A stretch of DNA of 62,568 nt, counting the filler. It is 11 parts of 11 records of this genome, joined end to end, with 100 filler letters (N's around TTAATTAATTAA, not from the genome) between each part and the next. Parts side by side here need not be neighbours in the genome. Positions count along the whole stretch, not along the records: positions 47,915 to 54,517 come from SRR20825010_4106; positions 54,618 to 58,546 come from SRR20825010_4114; positions 58,647 to 62,568 come from SRR20825010_4117; 8 more parts are not named here. One strand, written 5' to 3'. This document shows, one piece after another, positions 49,376-60,128 of this stretch. Under the pieces are notes generated by a model. That model saw only the letters and a list, made by a program, of their open reading frames with translations. It was not told the DNA's origin and did not search any database. Made by a program: the position numbers and the translations under genes. Every line of letters starts with the position of its first letter. Positions within the stretch are counted from its first letter, which is position 1.

Positions 49376-50263
49376 TCACGCATCCCGACCAAACAGACCC
49401 GCAGGCCGGACCAAAAGAACGATAGCCATGATTACGAAAATCACGATATTTGACGCTTCGGGGTAAAAGACCTTGGTCAACCCTTCTAGGATGCCAAGCA
49501 TATAGCCCGTGACAATTGCCCCCATAATCGATCCCATCCCGCCGACAACCACGATGGCGAACACCACAATGATCAGGTTCGATCCCATCAACGGGCTGAC
49601 CTGATAAATCGGTGCGGCCATGATCCCGGCCAGTGCAGCCAGACCGGCACCAAGCCCATATGTCAGAGTCAGGAGGAACGGCACATTGATGCCAAATGAT
49701 TGGACAAGCGTTGGATTTTCGGTTGCGGCACGAAGATAGGCGCCAAGCTTGGTCTTTTCGATCAGAAGCCATGTGCCGATACAGACAATCAGCGATGCAA
49801 CGACTACCCAGCCGCGATAAATCGGTAGATACATAAAGCCGAGATTAACCCCGCCGGAAAGCAGGGCGGGGGTGGCATAGGGTTGACCGGAAGTACCGTA
49901 AAAATACCGGAAGCCGCCTTCGATCACCAGGGCAAGGCCAAAGGTGAACAGGAGCCCGTACAGATGATCCAGGTTATAAAGGCGACGCAAGGCAAAGCGT
50001 TCGATTACAACGCCGGTAATGCCGACAATGACCGGTGCTACCAGTAATGCCAGCCAGTAATTTACTCCAATCCATGACAGAAGCAGGAAGCCGACAAAGG
50101 CTCCCATCATGTATTGGGCGCCATGTGCGAAGTTGATCACGCGAAGAAGGCCGAAAATGATCGCCAGACCTAGGCTAAGCATTGCGTAGAAGGATCCGTT
50201 GATCAGACCGATCAGAAGTTGGCCGAGAAACGCCTGGATCGGAATTCCAAATATCATAGTCAC
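49376..50263 (-). CDS. HAAT ABC permease (LivH-like)
   Basis: INFAHGA, VVVGGMGS; GTG start. Confidence 0.9.
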   Translation of the reverse strand: MTMIFGIPIQAFLGQLLIGLINGSFYAMLSLGLAIIFGLLRVINFAHGAQYMMGAFVGFLLLSWIGVNYWLALLVAPVIVGITGVVIERFALRRLYNLDHLYGLLFTFGLALVIEGGFRYFYGTSGQPYATPALLSGGVNLGFMYLPIYRGWVVVASLIVCIGTWLLIEKTKLGAYLRAATENPTLVQSFGINVPFLLTLTYGLGAGLAALAGIMAAPIYQVSPLMGSNLIIVVFAIVVVGGMGSIMGAIVTGYMLGILEGLTKVFYPEASNIVIFVIMAIVLLVRPAGLFGRDA

Positions 50264-50267
50264 GGCG

Positions 50268-50978
50268 CTATACCCCCAGAACTTCGTGCAAGGTGTCCAT
50301 TCTGGCGGGCAGTTCCGCCACATCGAAGCCTTCTGTCACCACGCCGTGATCCATGATGTAGAACCTGTCGGCAATTTTGCTGGCAAACCGGAAATTCTGT
50401 TCAACAAGAAGAATGGTCATGCCTCGCTGTTTCAGGGTTTGCAGAACCTCGCCGATACGCTGGACGATGACCGGAGCAAGGCCTTCGGTCGGTTCGTCGA
50501 GCAATAACATCTTGACCCCGGTACGCAGCATGCGAGCCATGGCAAGCATCTGCTGCTCGCCGCCGGACAATTTGGTTCCCTGACTGTTGCGCCGTTCCAA
50601 AAGGTTGGGAAACAGATCATAAATTTCATCGATGGACATGCCGTTCGGCGAGACGACAGGCGGTAGCGTGAGGTTTTCCTCGACGCTGAGGGTTGCAAAA
50701 ATCCCGCGTTCTTCGGGAACAAACCCGATCCCGGCACGTGCAGTATGATGCAGCGGCCGGTTCATAAGGTCCTTGCCGTCAAATTCGATTGTGCCGGTGC
50801 GTTTGCGCAAAATGCCCATGATCGAGCGCAAGGTCGTGGTTTTGCCCATGCCGTTACGGCCAAGGATGGTAACCGTTTCACCTTCGCAAACCTCAAGGTT
50901 CACACCATGCAGGATATGGCTTTCATCGTACCAGGCATTCAGGCCCTGTACTGAAAGAAGTGGTTTTCTGTCAGTCAT
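50268..50978 (-). CDS. HAAT ABC ATPase (LivF-like)
   Basis: GRNGMGKTT, LSGGEQQM, DEPTEGLAP. Confidence 0.9.
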   Translation of the reverse strand: MTDRKPLLSVQGLNAWYDESHILHGVNLEVCEGETVTILGRNGMGKTTTLRSIMGILRKRTGTIEFDGKDLMNRPLHHTARAGIGFVPEERGIFATLSVEENLTLPPVVSPNGMSIDEIYDLFPNLLERRNSQGTKLSGGEQQMLAMARMLRTGVKMLLLDEPTEGLAPVIVQRIGEVLQTLKQRGMTILLVEQNFRFASKIADRFYIMDHGVVTEGFDVAELPARMDTLHEVLGV

Positions 50979-51774
50979 GATCCGTTCCCATATAGGCGAC
51001 CTTAACGCGTTCATCGTTGCTGACGGTAGCGTAATCACCTTCCGCCAGAATTTCGCCGCGTTGCAGAACGGTGATGTGATCGCATAGGTCGGCGACAACA
51101 TTGAGGTTGTGTTCAACCATCAGGACCGCGCGGGTTTTGGCAACTTCGCGAATGAGTTCAGCAACCATACCGACATCTTCGCCCCCCATGCCCGCCATTG
51201 GTTCGTCCAGCAACAGAACTTTTGGGTCGAGTGCCAATGTCGTCGCGATTTCCAGCACACGTTTGCGGCCATAGGAAAGATCAGCAGCCTGACTGTCATA
51301 TTCATTCTGAAGGCCGACAGATTCCAGAAGTTCCATTGCGCGATCATTCAGAACGTCAAGTTTGCCAAGCGGTTGCCAGAACTGGATCGCCAGATTGCCC
51401 GGACGTTGCAACGCGACGCGAATATTTTCCAGAACCGTCAGGTGCGGAAAAATTGCGGAAATCTGGAATGATCGTACCAGGCCCATACGTGCCACGCGGG
51501 CAGGTGCTGTTTTGGTAATATCATGATCCAGCAGGGTGATCTTCCCGCTGGTCGGTTGCAGGAATTTGGTCAGAAGATTGAAAACGGTGGTTTTGCCTGC
51601 GCCATTCGGGCCGATCAGCGCATGCACTTTGGCGTGATGAACGTCAAGATTGACGTTATTGACCGCGGTAAACCCGCCAAAATCGCGACGAAGGTCACGG
51701 GCGGTAAGAACCACCCGTGCCTTTGTCTCGTTTTGATGGTTACCCGGATTTGCGTGAGTTCCGGTCGCCGTCAT
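50971..51774 (-). CDS. HAAT ABC ATPase (LivG-like)
   Basis: GPNGAGKTT, LSYGRKR, DEPMAGM. Confidence 0.9.
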   Translation of the reverse strand: MTATGTHANPGNHQNETKARVVLTARDLRRDFGGFTAVNNVNLDVHHAKVHALIGPNGAGKTTVFNLLTKFLQPTSGKITLLDHDITKTAPARVARMGLVRSFQISAIFPHLTVLENIRVALQRPGNLAIQFWQPLGKLDVLNDRAMELLESVGLQNEYDSQAADLSYGRKRVLEIATTLALDPKVLLLDEPMAGMGGEDVGMVAELIREVAKTRAVLMVEHNLNVVADLCDHITVLQRGEILAEGDYATVSNDERVKVAYMGTDHD

Positions 51775-51778
51775 GTTC

Positions 51779-52987
51779 TTAGTTCGACGCCAGTGAGCAG
51801 CCGCTTTTCGCCGGATCGATGAAAGCTTTGTCGCCGGGGACGGTATCAAGAACGTTGTAGTAATCCCAGTCACCGCTCATCTGGTCAGGAGCTTTGACTT
51901 CCATCAGGTACATGTCATAGATCATGCGGCCATTTGCACCGACTTTGCCGTTTTTGGCAAAAACGTCATTAACCGGCATTTCATGGAGGGCTTTCGCGAC
52001 GGCTTCGGTTTCATCCGTCCCGGTTTCCTTTACCGCTTTGAGGTACTGCAGGACGGCAGAATAGGTGCCAGCCTGGATCATGTTGGGCATACGCCCCGTG
52101 CGATCAAAGAAACGTTTGCCGAATTCGCGGGTTTCATCGTTGCGATCCCAATAGAACCCTTCGGTCAGTGACAGCCCCTGTGCGGCCTCTGCGCCCAAAC
52201 CATGGACTTCAGCAAGGGTAAAGAGCAGTGCTGCAAGACGCTGGCCACTCTGAACGATGCCGAATTCCGAAGCCTGTTTGATGGCATTGGCGGTATCGAG
52301 ACCGGCGTTGGCAAGGCCAATGACTTTTGCGCCGGATGCCTGCGCCTGCAGCAGGAACGAGGAATAGTCAGTTGTTGCCAAAGGATGTCGAACCGCACCG
52401 ACTACCGAGCCACCGTTTTCCTTGACGAAGTTGCCGGTTTGCTCTTCCAGCGAATAACCGAAAGCATAGTCAGCCGTCAGGAAAAACCAGCTATCGCCCC
52501 CATTATTCACCAATGCACCGCCGGTGCCCACTGCCAGTGCATGGGTGTCATACGCCCAGTGGAAGCCATAGGGCGAACATTGTTCACCGGTCAGGGCCGT
52601 GGTGGCCGCACCGGTTACGATATCGATCTTTTTCTTTTCCTTGGAAATGCCCTGTACGGCCAGAGCGACCGATGAGGTTGTCAGTTCCATGATCGTATCA
52701 ACCTGATCCTGATCATACCACTGACGCGCAATGTTTGCGGCAACATCGGGTTTGTTCTGATGGTCGGCGGTAATGACTTCGATCTTCTTGTCAAGAACGG
52801 TGCCGCCAAAATCCTCGACGGCCATTTTTGCGGCTTCAAAGGACCAGGTGCCACCAAAATCGGCATAGACACCGGATTGATCGTTCAGGATACCAATTTT
52901 GACAACATCATCGGAGATTTCGGCATGTGCGGGCAATGCTGCAGCGGCAGCCATTATCGCAACAGATGCAATTGCAATCTTCTTCAT
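51779..52987 (-). CDS. HAAT ABC periplasmic binding protein
   Basis: Signal peptide; ADHQNKPD and FLTADYAFG motifs. Confidence 0.9.
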   Translation of the reverse strand: MKKIAIASVAIMAAAAALPAHAEISDDVVKIGILNDQSGVYADFGGTWSFEAAKMAVEDFGGTVLDKKIEVITADHQNKPDVAANIARQWYDQDQVDTIMELTTSSVALAVQGISKEKKKIDIVTGAATTALTGEQCSPYGFHWAYDTHALAVGTGGALVNNGGDSWFFLTADYAFGYSLEEQTGNFVKENGGSVVGAVRHPLATTDYSSFLLQAQASGAKVIGLANAGLDTANAIKQASEFGIVQSGQRLAALLFTLAEVHGLGAEAAQGLSLTEGFYWDRNDETREFGKRFFDRTGRMPNMIQAGTYSAVLQYLKAVKETGTDETEAVAKALHEMPVNDVFAKNGKVGANGRMIYDMYLMEVKAPDQMSGDWDYYNVLDTVPGDKAFIDPAKSGCSLASN

Positions 52988-53104
52988 CTAGGTTCCTCCC
53001 TGATGGAACTATGTTTTCCGGTGTGCCTGCGGGCAAACCAGACGACGCTTCCGGGCCGCTTATTAACCGTTGTTACAGACCGGATGATTGAAGTGTGCCT
53101 TGAT

Positions 53105-53274
53105 TGCACATTTTTGTTATTTTAATCGGCTTTTTGATTTGTCCGACTAAGTATCTGAAAAAGAACGATTCATTTCTGATTCTATTCTTGTGTTCAGGAC
53201 CATGACTTACGCTAACATTGACCAAAACCCGGTCAAATATATAATTTTGGACAATGCTTGTACAAAAATGAACA
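53105..53274. promoter_or_regulatory. Two inverted copies of a candidate LTTR site
   Basis: TGCACATTTTTGTTAT (53105-53120) and TGTACAAAAATGAACA (53259-53274). Confidence 0.5.
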
Positions 53275-53283
53275 GGAAGTTGG

Positions 53284-54198
53284 ATGCGCCAGTTCCCTTG
53301 GGATGATTTACAGTATTTCCTTGCCGTCGCTCAGGAAGGCAAGCTTTCCTCTGCGGCACGGCGATTGAGAACCAGCCATGTGACGGTTGCGCGACGGATT
53401 GAGAGGCTTGAACAGGGGATCGGGGCAAAATTGTTTCAGCGCAGTCCGACAGGTTATACATTGACGCCGATGGGGCAAAGGCTGATGGAGCCAGCCCAGG
53501 CAATGGCGCTTGAAGCGGACAAAATGCTTAGTGTGGTCGGGGATGGTGCATTACCGCTCAGCGGGGTGATCCGGCTAAGTGTTCCTGAAGGTTATGGCAA
53601 TTTTTTCATCGCAGAAAAGCTGCCTCATTTTGCCAGTCAATATCCGAACCTGACCATCGAGATGGTCAATATCCAGCAGATCGTTTCGTTATCGCGGCGC
53701 GAGGCGGATGTCTCGGTTTCGCTCAGTACGCCAAAGGCCGGTTCCTATCACTTCGAGAAAATTTCCAGTTACATTCTTTATGTCTATGCATCGCGCGATT
53801 ATCTTGCCCGCAACCGGGCTATCAAACAGCGCGAGGACCTCGCGGGGCACCCGTTCATCGGTTATATCGAGGACATGATTTTTACCCCGGAACTCAACTA
53901 TCTGGGTGAAATTATTCCGGGGTTGAGACCGTCTTATCAGACATCCAGTGTTTTTGCGCAGCTCAAAGCCTGCCGTGCGGGTTATGGGCTGTGTGTGTTG
54001 CCTTATTATATGGGGGCAATGTTTGACGATTTGGTTGCCGTGATGCCCCGGATTATTCCAATTCATCGCGATTACTGGCTTGTTTGTCATAATGACATGA
54101 TAGATGCCGCCCGTATCCGACCGTTGATCGAATTCATTCGTCGAGAAACTACTGCGGCACGGGAATGGTTTAACGGCTTTCCCAAGCAATTTGTCTGA
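53284..54198 (+). CDS. LysR-type transcriptional regulator
   Basis: WDDLQYFLAVA...AARRL...RRIERLE HTH; divergent from the ABC operon. Confidence 0.92.
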   Translation: MRQFPWDDLQYFLAVAQEGKLSSAARRLRTSHVTVARRIERLEQGIGAKLFQRSPTGYTLTPMGQRLMEPAQAMALEADKMLSVVGDGALPLSGVIRLSVPEGYGNFFIAEKLPHFASQYPNLTIEMVNIQQIVSLSRREADVSVSLSTPKAGSYHFEKISSYILYVYASRDYLARNRAIKQREDLAGHPFIGYIEDMIFTPELNYLGEIIPGLRPSYQTSSVFAQLKACRAGYGLCVLPYYMGAMFDDLVAVMPRIIPIHRDYWLVCHNDMIDAARIRPLIEFIRRETTAAREWFNGFPKQFV

Positions 54199-54329
54199 GC
54201 ATTGTATGACAGGAGATGCGATTGGCGATGTTGTGTGACAAGGCTTGCATCTTGTTGTCATTGGCGTCATTTTGATCGATAACGAAAATTAACAATCAAA
54301 GACGAAAATTCAGGGCGGAAGGAAGCAAT

Positions 54330-54517
54330 ATGGGCAAGCTTGATCGGCGGCGTCGCGAAATCCTTGAACTGGTCGCGGCGAACAGTTTCATGACGATTGA
54401 TACATTGGCCGATCATTTTGCCGTTACCCCCCAGACCATCCGACGCGATATCAATGAAATGGCCGAAGAGGGGCTTGTTGCCCGTTATCATGGCGGGGCG
54501 GCCAGCCTTTCGACCAC
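54330..54517 (+). CDS. DeoR/GlpR-family regulator N-terminus (3' truncated)
   Basis: FAVTPQTIRRDIN...RYHGGA. Confidence 0.85.
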
Positions 54518-54617
54518 NNNNNNNNNNNNNNNNNNNNNNNNNNNNNNNNNNNNNNNNNNNNTTAATTAATTAANNNNNNNNNNNNNNNNNNNNNNNNNNN
54601 NNNNNNNNNNNNNNNNN
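54518..54617. other. Artificial contig-joining spacer
   Basis: 44 N + TTAATTAATTAA + 44 N. Confidence 0.98.
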
Positions 54618-56054
54618 CCCGTGCCCGAGATCATGCCGGATCTGGCCCGCGCCGAGCGCGAGGATGCGATGATCTGCACCGGGCGATCGGATTTTCCGAA
54701 CCAGGTCAACAACGTCCTGTGTTTCCCCTATATCTTCCGCGGCGCGCTCGATTGCGGCGCGCGCACGATCAACGAGGAAATGAAGATGGCCGCCGTGCGC
54801 GCGATCGCGGGGCTCGCCAAGGAGGAGGTCTGGGAAGCCTCGCGTAACGCCGCCAACGGCGAACCGCTGATCTTCGGGCCGGACTACCTGATCCCCTCGC
54901 CCTTCGACCCGCGCCTGATCCTCAGGATCGCCCCGGCCGTTGCCCGCGCCGCCGAGGAAACCGGCGTTGCCGAACGTCCCATCCCGGACTACCAGGCCTA
55001 TTACGAAAACCTGACACGCTTCGCCTTCCGCTCCGGACTGGTGATGAAGCCGGTGTTTGCCGCCGCCAAGGCCGCCGAGCGCAAACGCGTGATCTTCTCC
55101 GACGGCGAGGACGAGCGCGTGATGCGCGCGGCCCAGGTCCTGATCGAGGAAGGGATTTCCAAGCCGATCCTGATCGGGCGTCCGAATGTGCTCGAAACCC
55201 GCATGAAACGTTACGGCCTGCGCATGCGGCTGCACGAGGACTTCGAAATCATCAATCCGGAAAGCGACTCGCGATTTCGCGAATATGTCGAGGAGTACCT
55301 CTCCTTCGTGGCGCGCAAAGGCGTCACGCCGGAGCGCGCGCGCACCATCGTTCGCACCAACACCACGGTTATCGGCGCCCTGGCGGTCAAGCGCGGCGAC
55401 GCCGACGCCCTGCTGTGCGGCGTCGAGGGCCGTTTCGAAAAACATTTGCGCGATATCGGAAGCATCATCGGAAAGCACGAGAACGTCCGCGATTTCTCGA
55501 GCCTCGGCCTGTTGATTTCCAATCGCGGCGCGACCTTCTTTGCCGATACCCATGTGACCTATTGCCCGACCGCGGAGGAGATCGCGGAGACCACGATCCA
55601 GTCCGCCCGTGCCGTCGCACGTTTCGGCATGACGGCGAAAGCCGCCCTCGTCTCCCACTCCAATTTCGGCTCGCGCGATTCCGAAAGCGCGGCAAAGATG
55701 CGGGATGCGCTGGCGCTGATCCGGTCCCGCATGCCCGGGCTCGAGGTCGACGGCGAAATGCACGGCGATACCGCGATCTCCGAATTGCTGCGCGAACGCG
55801 CCATGCCCAACAGTACGCTGACGGGCGAAGCCAACCTGCTGATCTTCCCCTCGCTCGATGCCGCCCATATCACCATGACCGTGGTCCAGGGCATGCTCGA
55901 AGCGCTTCATGTCGGCCCGATCCTGCTCGGCAGCGCCCTGCCAGCCCACATCATGTCGCCCTCGGTGACCTCGCGCGGCATCGTCAACATGGCAAGCCTC
56001 GCCGTGGTCGAGGCGGACGTCGCCGCCTCGGAGAAGCGCCGGGCGGCCGAGTAG
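54618..56054 (+). CDS. maeB: Malic enzyme with PTA-like domain (MaeB/Dme/Tme type; 5' truncated)
   Basis: TGRSDFPNQVNNVLCFPYIFRGALD, SHSNFGS, DGEMHGD. Confidence 0.94.
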   Translation, partial: PVPEIMPDLARAEREDAMICTGRSDFPNQVNNVLCFPYIFRGALDCGARTINEEMKMAAVRAIAGLAKEEVWEASRNAANGEPLIFGPDYLIPSPFDPRLILRIAPAVARAAEETGVAERPIPDYQAYYENLTRFAFRSGLVMKPVFAAAKAAERKRVIFSDGEDERVMRAAQVLIEEGISKPILIGRPNVLETRMKRYGLRMRLHEDFEIINPESDSRFREYVEEYLSFVARKGVTPERARTIVRTNTTVIGALAVKRGDADALLCGVEGRFEKHLRDIGSIIGKHENVRDFSSLGLLISNRGATFFADTHVTYCPTAEEIAETTIQSARAVARFGMTAKAALVSHSNFGSRDSESAAKMRDALALIRSRMPGLEVDGEMHGDTAISELLRERAMPNSTLTGEANLLIFPSLDAAHITMTVVQGMLEALHVGPILLGSALPAHIMSPSVTSRGIVNMASLAVVEADVAASEKRRAAE

Positions 56055-56494
56055 GCAACACGACAGGTCACGAGCGGCGGCCGTCCGGCGTCGGTCAGCC
56101 TGCCTGCCGCCGCGCTCCCTTGACAGACCCCCGGCGCTCACCTTGCCGAGCGCGGTGCTGCGCCGGCCCGCGGTGTTCGCGGCACATTGTGCCGGGGCGC
56201 TTCCGGCGGACCGGATTTCCTCTCTCAGACCATCGTAAAACTGCGTGACGACCGCGGTCAGAGCAAGGAGATCTGCGGTTCATTCCACAACTATAGCTTG
56301 ATTTTTACGTGTCAGAAGGTCTATCAAACCAGAGATAATATTCGACTCCAAAGGCTTTTTGTGGCAACTCACGAGGGAATAATTCACGGACATTATTCCG
56401 TCCCTATCTCTCGGGAGAGGGCCAACTTTCATCGATCGCTTTGGATTTAAAGCTAAATAGTCTTTTATAACAAACGGTTACGGCAAAAATCACG

Positions 56495-57211
56495 ATGATG
56501 ACGGATGAAGTCAGAATTTCGGAATTACGAGCGCGAGTCGCGCGCGCGGAAACGACTGCCGAGCTTATCGTGTCGCTTGGCGAGATTGCAGCAACCTTTG
56601 GTTTTAACCACTTTACGTTGACTGACATTCCTCAAAGCCGCGAAGCGTTGCTGCAGTCCCTGATCCATTTCACATCGCTTCCCTACCCCCTCATCGCGGC
56701 CTATGATCAGGCGGAGATTTTGCAAAACTCCGCTTTTGTCCGGTCGTGGAGAAAAGCAACGTCACCGATCGAGTGGAATATCGACCAGTTCGAACTGGAT
56801 GACGCTGAGGCGGCTTTCGGCCAGCGCCTCAAGACAATCCATATCCGCATGGGAATTGTCTTCACGGCGCCGGATTGCCAGCCGGAGCCCCTGGCCTTCC
56901 TGCTGTTCGGGGATCGCTGCCCCGTCAGCGACGACGAAAAGGACGAGATCGGCAGGCTGGCGATTTCAGCCTGCCGCCGGTTCGAGCAGTTGCGACCGGT
57001 TTCCGCCCATCACCTGAAGAGCCTGTCGTCGCGGGAACTGGAGGTCATCAAATGGACCGCCGAGGGCAAGACCTCGCATGAGATCGGCAGAATCCTCGAT
57101 CTCTCCGACCACACCATCAATGCCTATCTGGCAAACGCGATCCGCAAGATGGAATGCGTCAACAGGGCGCAACTTGTGGCAAAGGCCATCCGTCTCAAGC
57201 TGATCGAATGA
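56495..57211 (+). CDS. Solo LuxR-family regulator (autoinducer-binding-like domain + HTH)
   Basis: LSSRELEVIKWTAEGKTSHEI HTH; no luxI within the fragment. Confidence 0.88.
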   Translation: MMTDEVRISELRARVARAETTAELIVSLGEIAATFGFNHFTLTDIPQSREALLQSLIHFTSLPYPLIAAYDQAEILQNSAFVRSWRKATSPIEWNIDQFELDDAEAAFGQRLKTIHIRMGIVFTAPDCQPEPLAFLLFGDRCPVSDDEKDEIGRLAISACRRFEQLRPVSAHHLKSLSSRELEVIKWTAEGKTSHEIGRILDLSDHTINAYLANAIRKMECVNRAQLVAKAIRLKLIE

Positions 57212-57245
57212 TGGCGCGGAGCGGGTCAACGCCGGAGGAAATGCT

Positions 57246-57827
57246 CTATCGGCGGCCGGTCTCCTCCTTCCAGTGCAGGCGGCAATATGAAACGTAGCGG
57301 TCATTGCCGCCGACCTCGATCTGGGGGCCTTCGAGCAGCGCGTTGCCCGCGTGATCCTGCCGCACCACCATGGTTGCCTTGCGACCGCAATGGCAGATCG
57401 TCCTCACCTCCCTGATTTCATCAGCGAGCACGAACAGTTCGGCCGACGCCGGAAACAGCCGCCCCATGAAATCGGATCTGAGGCCGTAGGCCATGACCGG
57501 AATCCCGAGTTCATCGACCACCCGTGCCAATTGCCAGGCATGATCGGCGGTGGCAAAATGGGCCTCGTCCACGAACAGGCAATCGATCTTGCGCTTGCCG
57601 TCGAGCGCGCCCGCGCATTCGAACAGATCGGTGTCCGGCCCGAAAGTGACCGCATCGGCCTCCAGCCCGATCCTGGAGGAAACCACGCCCTTGCCGCTCC
57701 GGTCATCCAGTTCGGCAAGCAGGATGACGGCATGCATACCGCGCTCGCGGTAATTATAGGCGGCCTGCAGCAGCAAGGTCGATTTGCCGGCATTCATCGT
57801 GGCATAGTAGAAGTGGAGTTTCGCCAT
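57246..57827 (-). CDS. tdk: Thymidine kinase
   Basis: MNAGKST, VDEAHF, YGLRSDF, ICHCGRKA. Confidence 0.95.
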   Translation of the reverse strand: MAKLHFYYATMNAGKSTLLLQAAYNYRERGMHAVILLAELDDRSGKGVVSSRIGLEADAVTFGPDTDLFECAGALDGKRKIDCLFVDEAHFATADHAWQLARVVDELGIPVMAYGLRSDFMGRLFPASAELFVLADEIREVRTICHCGRKATMVVRQDHAGNALLEGPQIEVGGNDRYVSYCRLHWKEETGRR

Positions 57828-58006
57828 AGTGCAGTCCTTTTTTTATTCTTTCTTGCCGCGATCAGCCCGCGACAAGAAGCCAGAATCTCCGATAGCCACA
57901 GAAATCCTCGGGAGGATGCTTTTGCGCGCGGCGTCTTGCCGCTTCGGCCCGAATGTGAGAAACAGCCTCCTGCGATCCTCCCCCTGCCGATGATGATGCA
58001 GACCCC

Positions 58007-58546
58007 ATGGAAACAGTCGTCGAGATCAACACAATCGATATCGTCTATGGCAGGCGTGCGCGGCGCGCGCTGCCGCTGGTCGACGCCGGTCACTCACGCG
58101 ACGACATTCATGCCCGCACCGGCAACCTGGTCGGCGTATCAAACGCCTCACTGACGCTCGGACGCGGAGAAATCGTTGTCCTGATGGGCCTTTCGGGGTC
58201 CGGAAAGTCCACATTACTGCGTGCCGTCAATGGCCTGGCGCCGGTCGTGCGCGGCGAAATCAACGTGCATACCGAAGAAGGCGTCATCAACCCCTATACC
58301 GCCAATGCCAAGGCGCTCAGGGCCCTGAGAGCGCGGTCCGTCTCGATGGTTTTCCAGCAGTTTGCCTTGCTTCCCTGGCTGAGCGTTGCCGAAAATGTCG
58401 GCCTCGGGCTGGAGCTTTCGGGCGTGCCGCGGCGCGAGCGGCGAGAGCGCATCGAAGAGCAGCTTCACCTGGTGAACCTCTCGGCATGGGCCGATCATCC
58501 CATCGATGCGCTTTCCGGCGGCATGCAGCAGCGCGTCGGCCTGGCC
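58007..58546 (+). CDS. Choline/betaine ABC ATPase (ChoV/ProV-like; 3' truncated)
   Basis: MGLSGSGKST, MVFQQFALLPW, LSGGMQQRVGLA. Confidence 0.85.
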
Positions 58547-58646
58547 NNNNNNNNNNNNNNNNNNNNNNNNNNNNNNNNNNNNNNNNNNNNTTAATTAATT
58601 AANNNNNNNNNNNNNNNNNNNNNNNNNNNNNNNNNNNNNNNNNNNN
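58547..58646. other. Artificial contig-joining spacer
   Basis: 44 N + TTAATTAATTAA + 44 N. Confidence 0.98.
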
Positions 58647-60061
58647 ACGGTCTGCCCGGTCTCATGGCCCTTGCCGCAGATCAGCAGCGCGTCACCGGGG
58701 CCTAGCCCGTCGACACCGCGCAGGATCGCCTCTGCCCGGTCAGCGACCTCAAGTGCCTCAGGCGCGCCCTGCATCACCGCTGCGCGGATCAAGGCGGGAT
58801 CCTCAGAGCGCGGGTTGTCGTCGGTCACGATCACGCTGTCGGCGTTTTCGGTTGCTGCCATGCCCATCAGCGGGCGTTTGCCACGATCCCGGTCGCCGCC
58901 CGCGCCAACTACGGCGATCAACCGCCCCATGACATGTGGACGCAACGCCTTGCAGGCGGTCGCCACCGCATCCGGGGTATGGGCGTAATCGACAAAGATC
59001 GCCGCGCCGTTGACGCGCTTGGCCGCCAATTGCATCCGCCCGCGCACCGTCCCCAACAGGGGCAGCACATCAAACACATCCTCGGGGTCACCGCCGCAGG
59101 CAATCACCAGCCCCGCCGCAACCAGAATGTTTTCCGCCTGAAAGCCGCCGATCAGGCCAAGGCGTTCCTGCCGCACCGTGCCCTCAAAGCTAAGCCGGAT
59201 TTCCTGCCCCGTGGCATCGAAGCGCTGCGCCTCGAGACACAGATCTGCCGCCTCACGGCCCACGGTGATCACCTCTTGGCCGCGCGCCCGCGCAATGGCG
59301 AGCATGTCCACGCCACGCGGGTCGTCGATGTTGATCACCGCGATCCCGTCCTCGGGCAAGACCCGGGCAAATAGCCCCGCCTTGGCAGAGAAATACTCGT
59401 CAAAGCTTTCGTGGTAGTCCAGATGATCCTGGGTGAAGTTGGTGAACCCCGCCGCGGTCAGCGTCACGCCGTCCAGCCGCCGCTGCGCCAACCCGTGACT
59501 GGACGCCTCCATCGCGGCGTGGGTCACGCCCGCCTCCGCCGCACCGGACAACACCCGGTGCAGGGTGATCGGCTCTGGCGTGGTGTGCTTCAGCGGTGTT
59601 TGCCAATCGCCCTCAACGCCGGTGGTGCCGACATTGACCGCGCGCAGGCCCAGTTCCTGCCAGATCTGCCGGGTAAAGCTGGCGACCGATGTTTTGCCGT
59701 TTGTGCCTGTCACCGCAACCACGGTTTCCGGCTGAGATCCGAACCACAACGCGGCCGTATAGGCCAGCGCCTGACGCGGATCCTCGGCAATGACCAGCGC
59801 CGCGTTCGACGCCGCCAATTCCGCCTCTGCCATCTTTGCGCCCGCCGCATCGGTTAGTACCGCTGCGGCCCCCATGCGCAAGGCGAACTGGATGAACTCT
59901 CCGCCATGCACCCGCGTGCCCGGAAGCGCGGCAAACAGAAAGCCCTCGCGCACCTCACGGCTGTCAACTGCCAGCCCCGTCACCGCGACCTCTTTTCCGC
60001 CACGCGCGGTAAGACCCAGTTGTGACAGGCTCTTGGTCAGGATGCTGCGTTCAGACGCCAT
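58647..60061 (-). CDS. murE: UDP-MurNAc-tripeptide synthetase (meso-DAP type; 3' truncated)
   Basis: TGTNGKTS, DYAHTPD, DDNPR, GKGHE. Confidence 0.96.
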
Positions 60062-60128
60062 GTTTCAATCGCCCCCGGCTGTGGTTCTGGCCCTGCGGTT
60101 CCACAGGTAGCCCTGCGCCCACGCGGCC

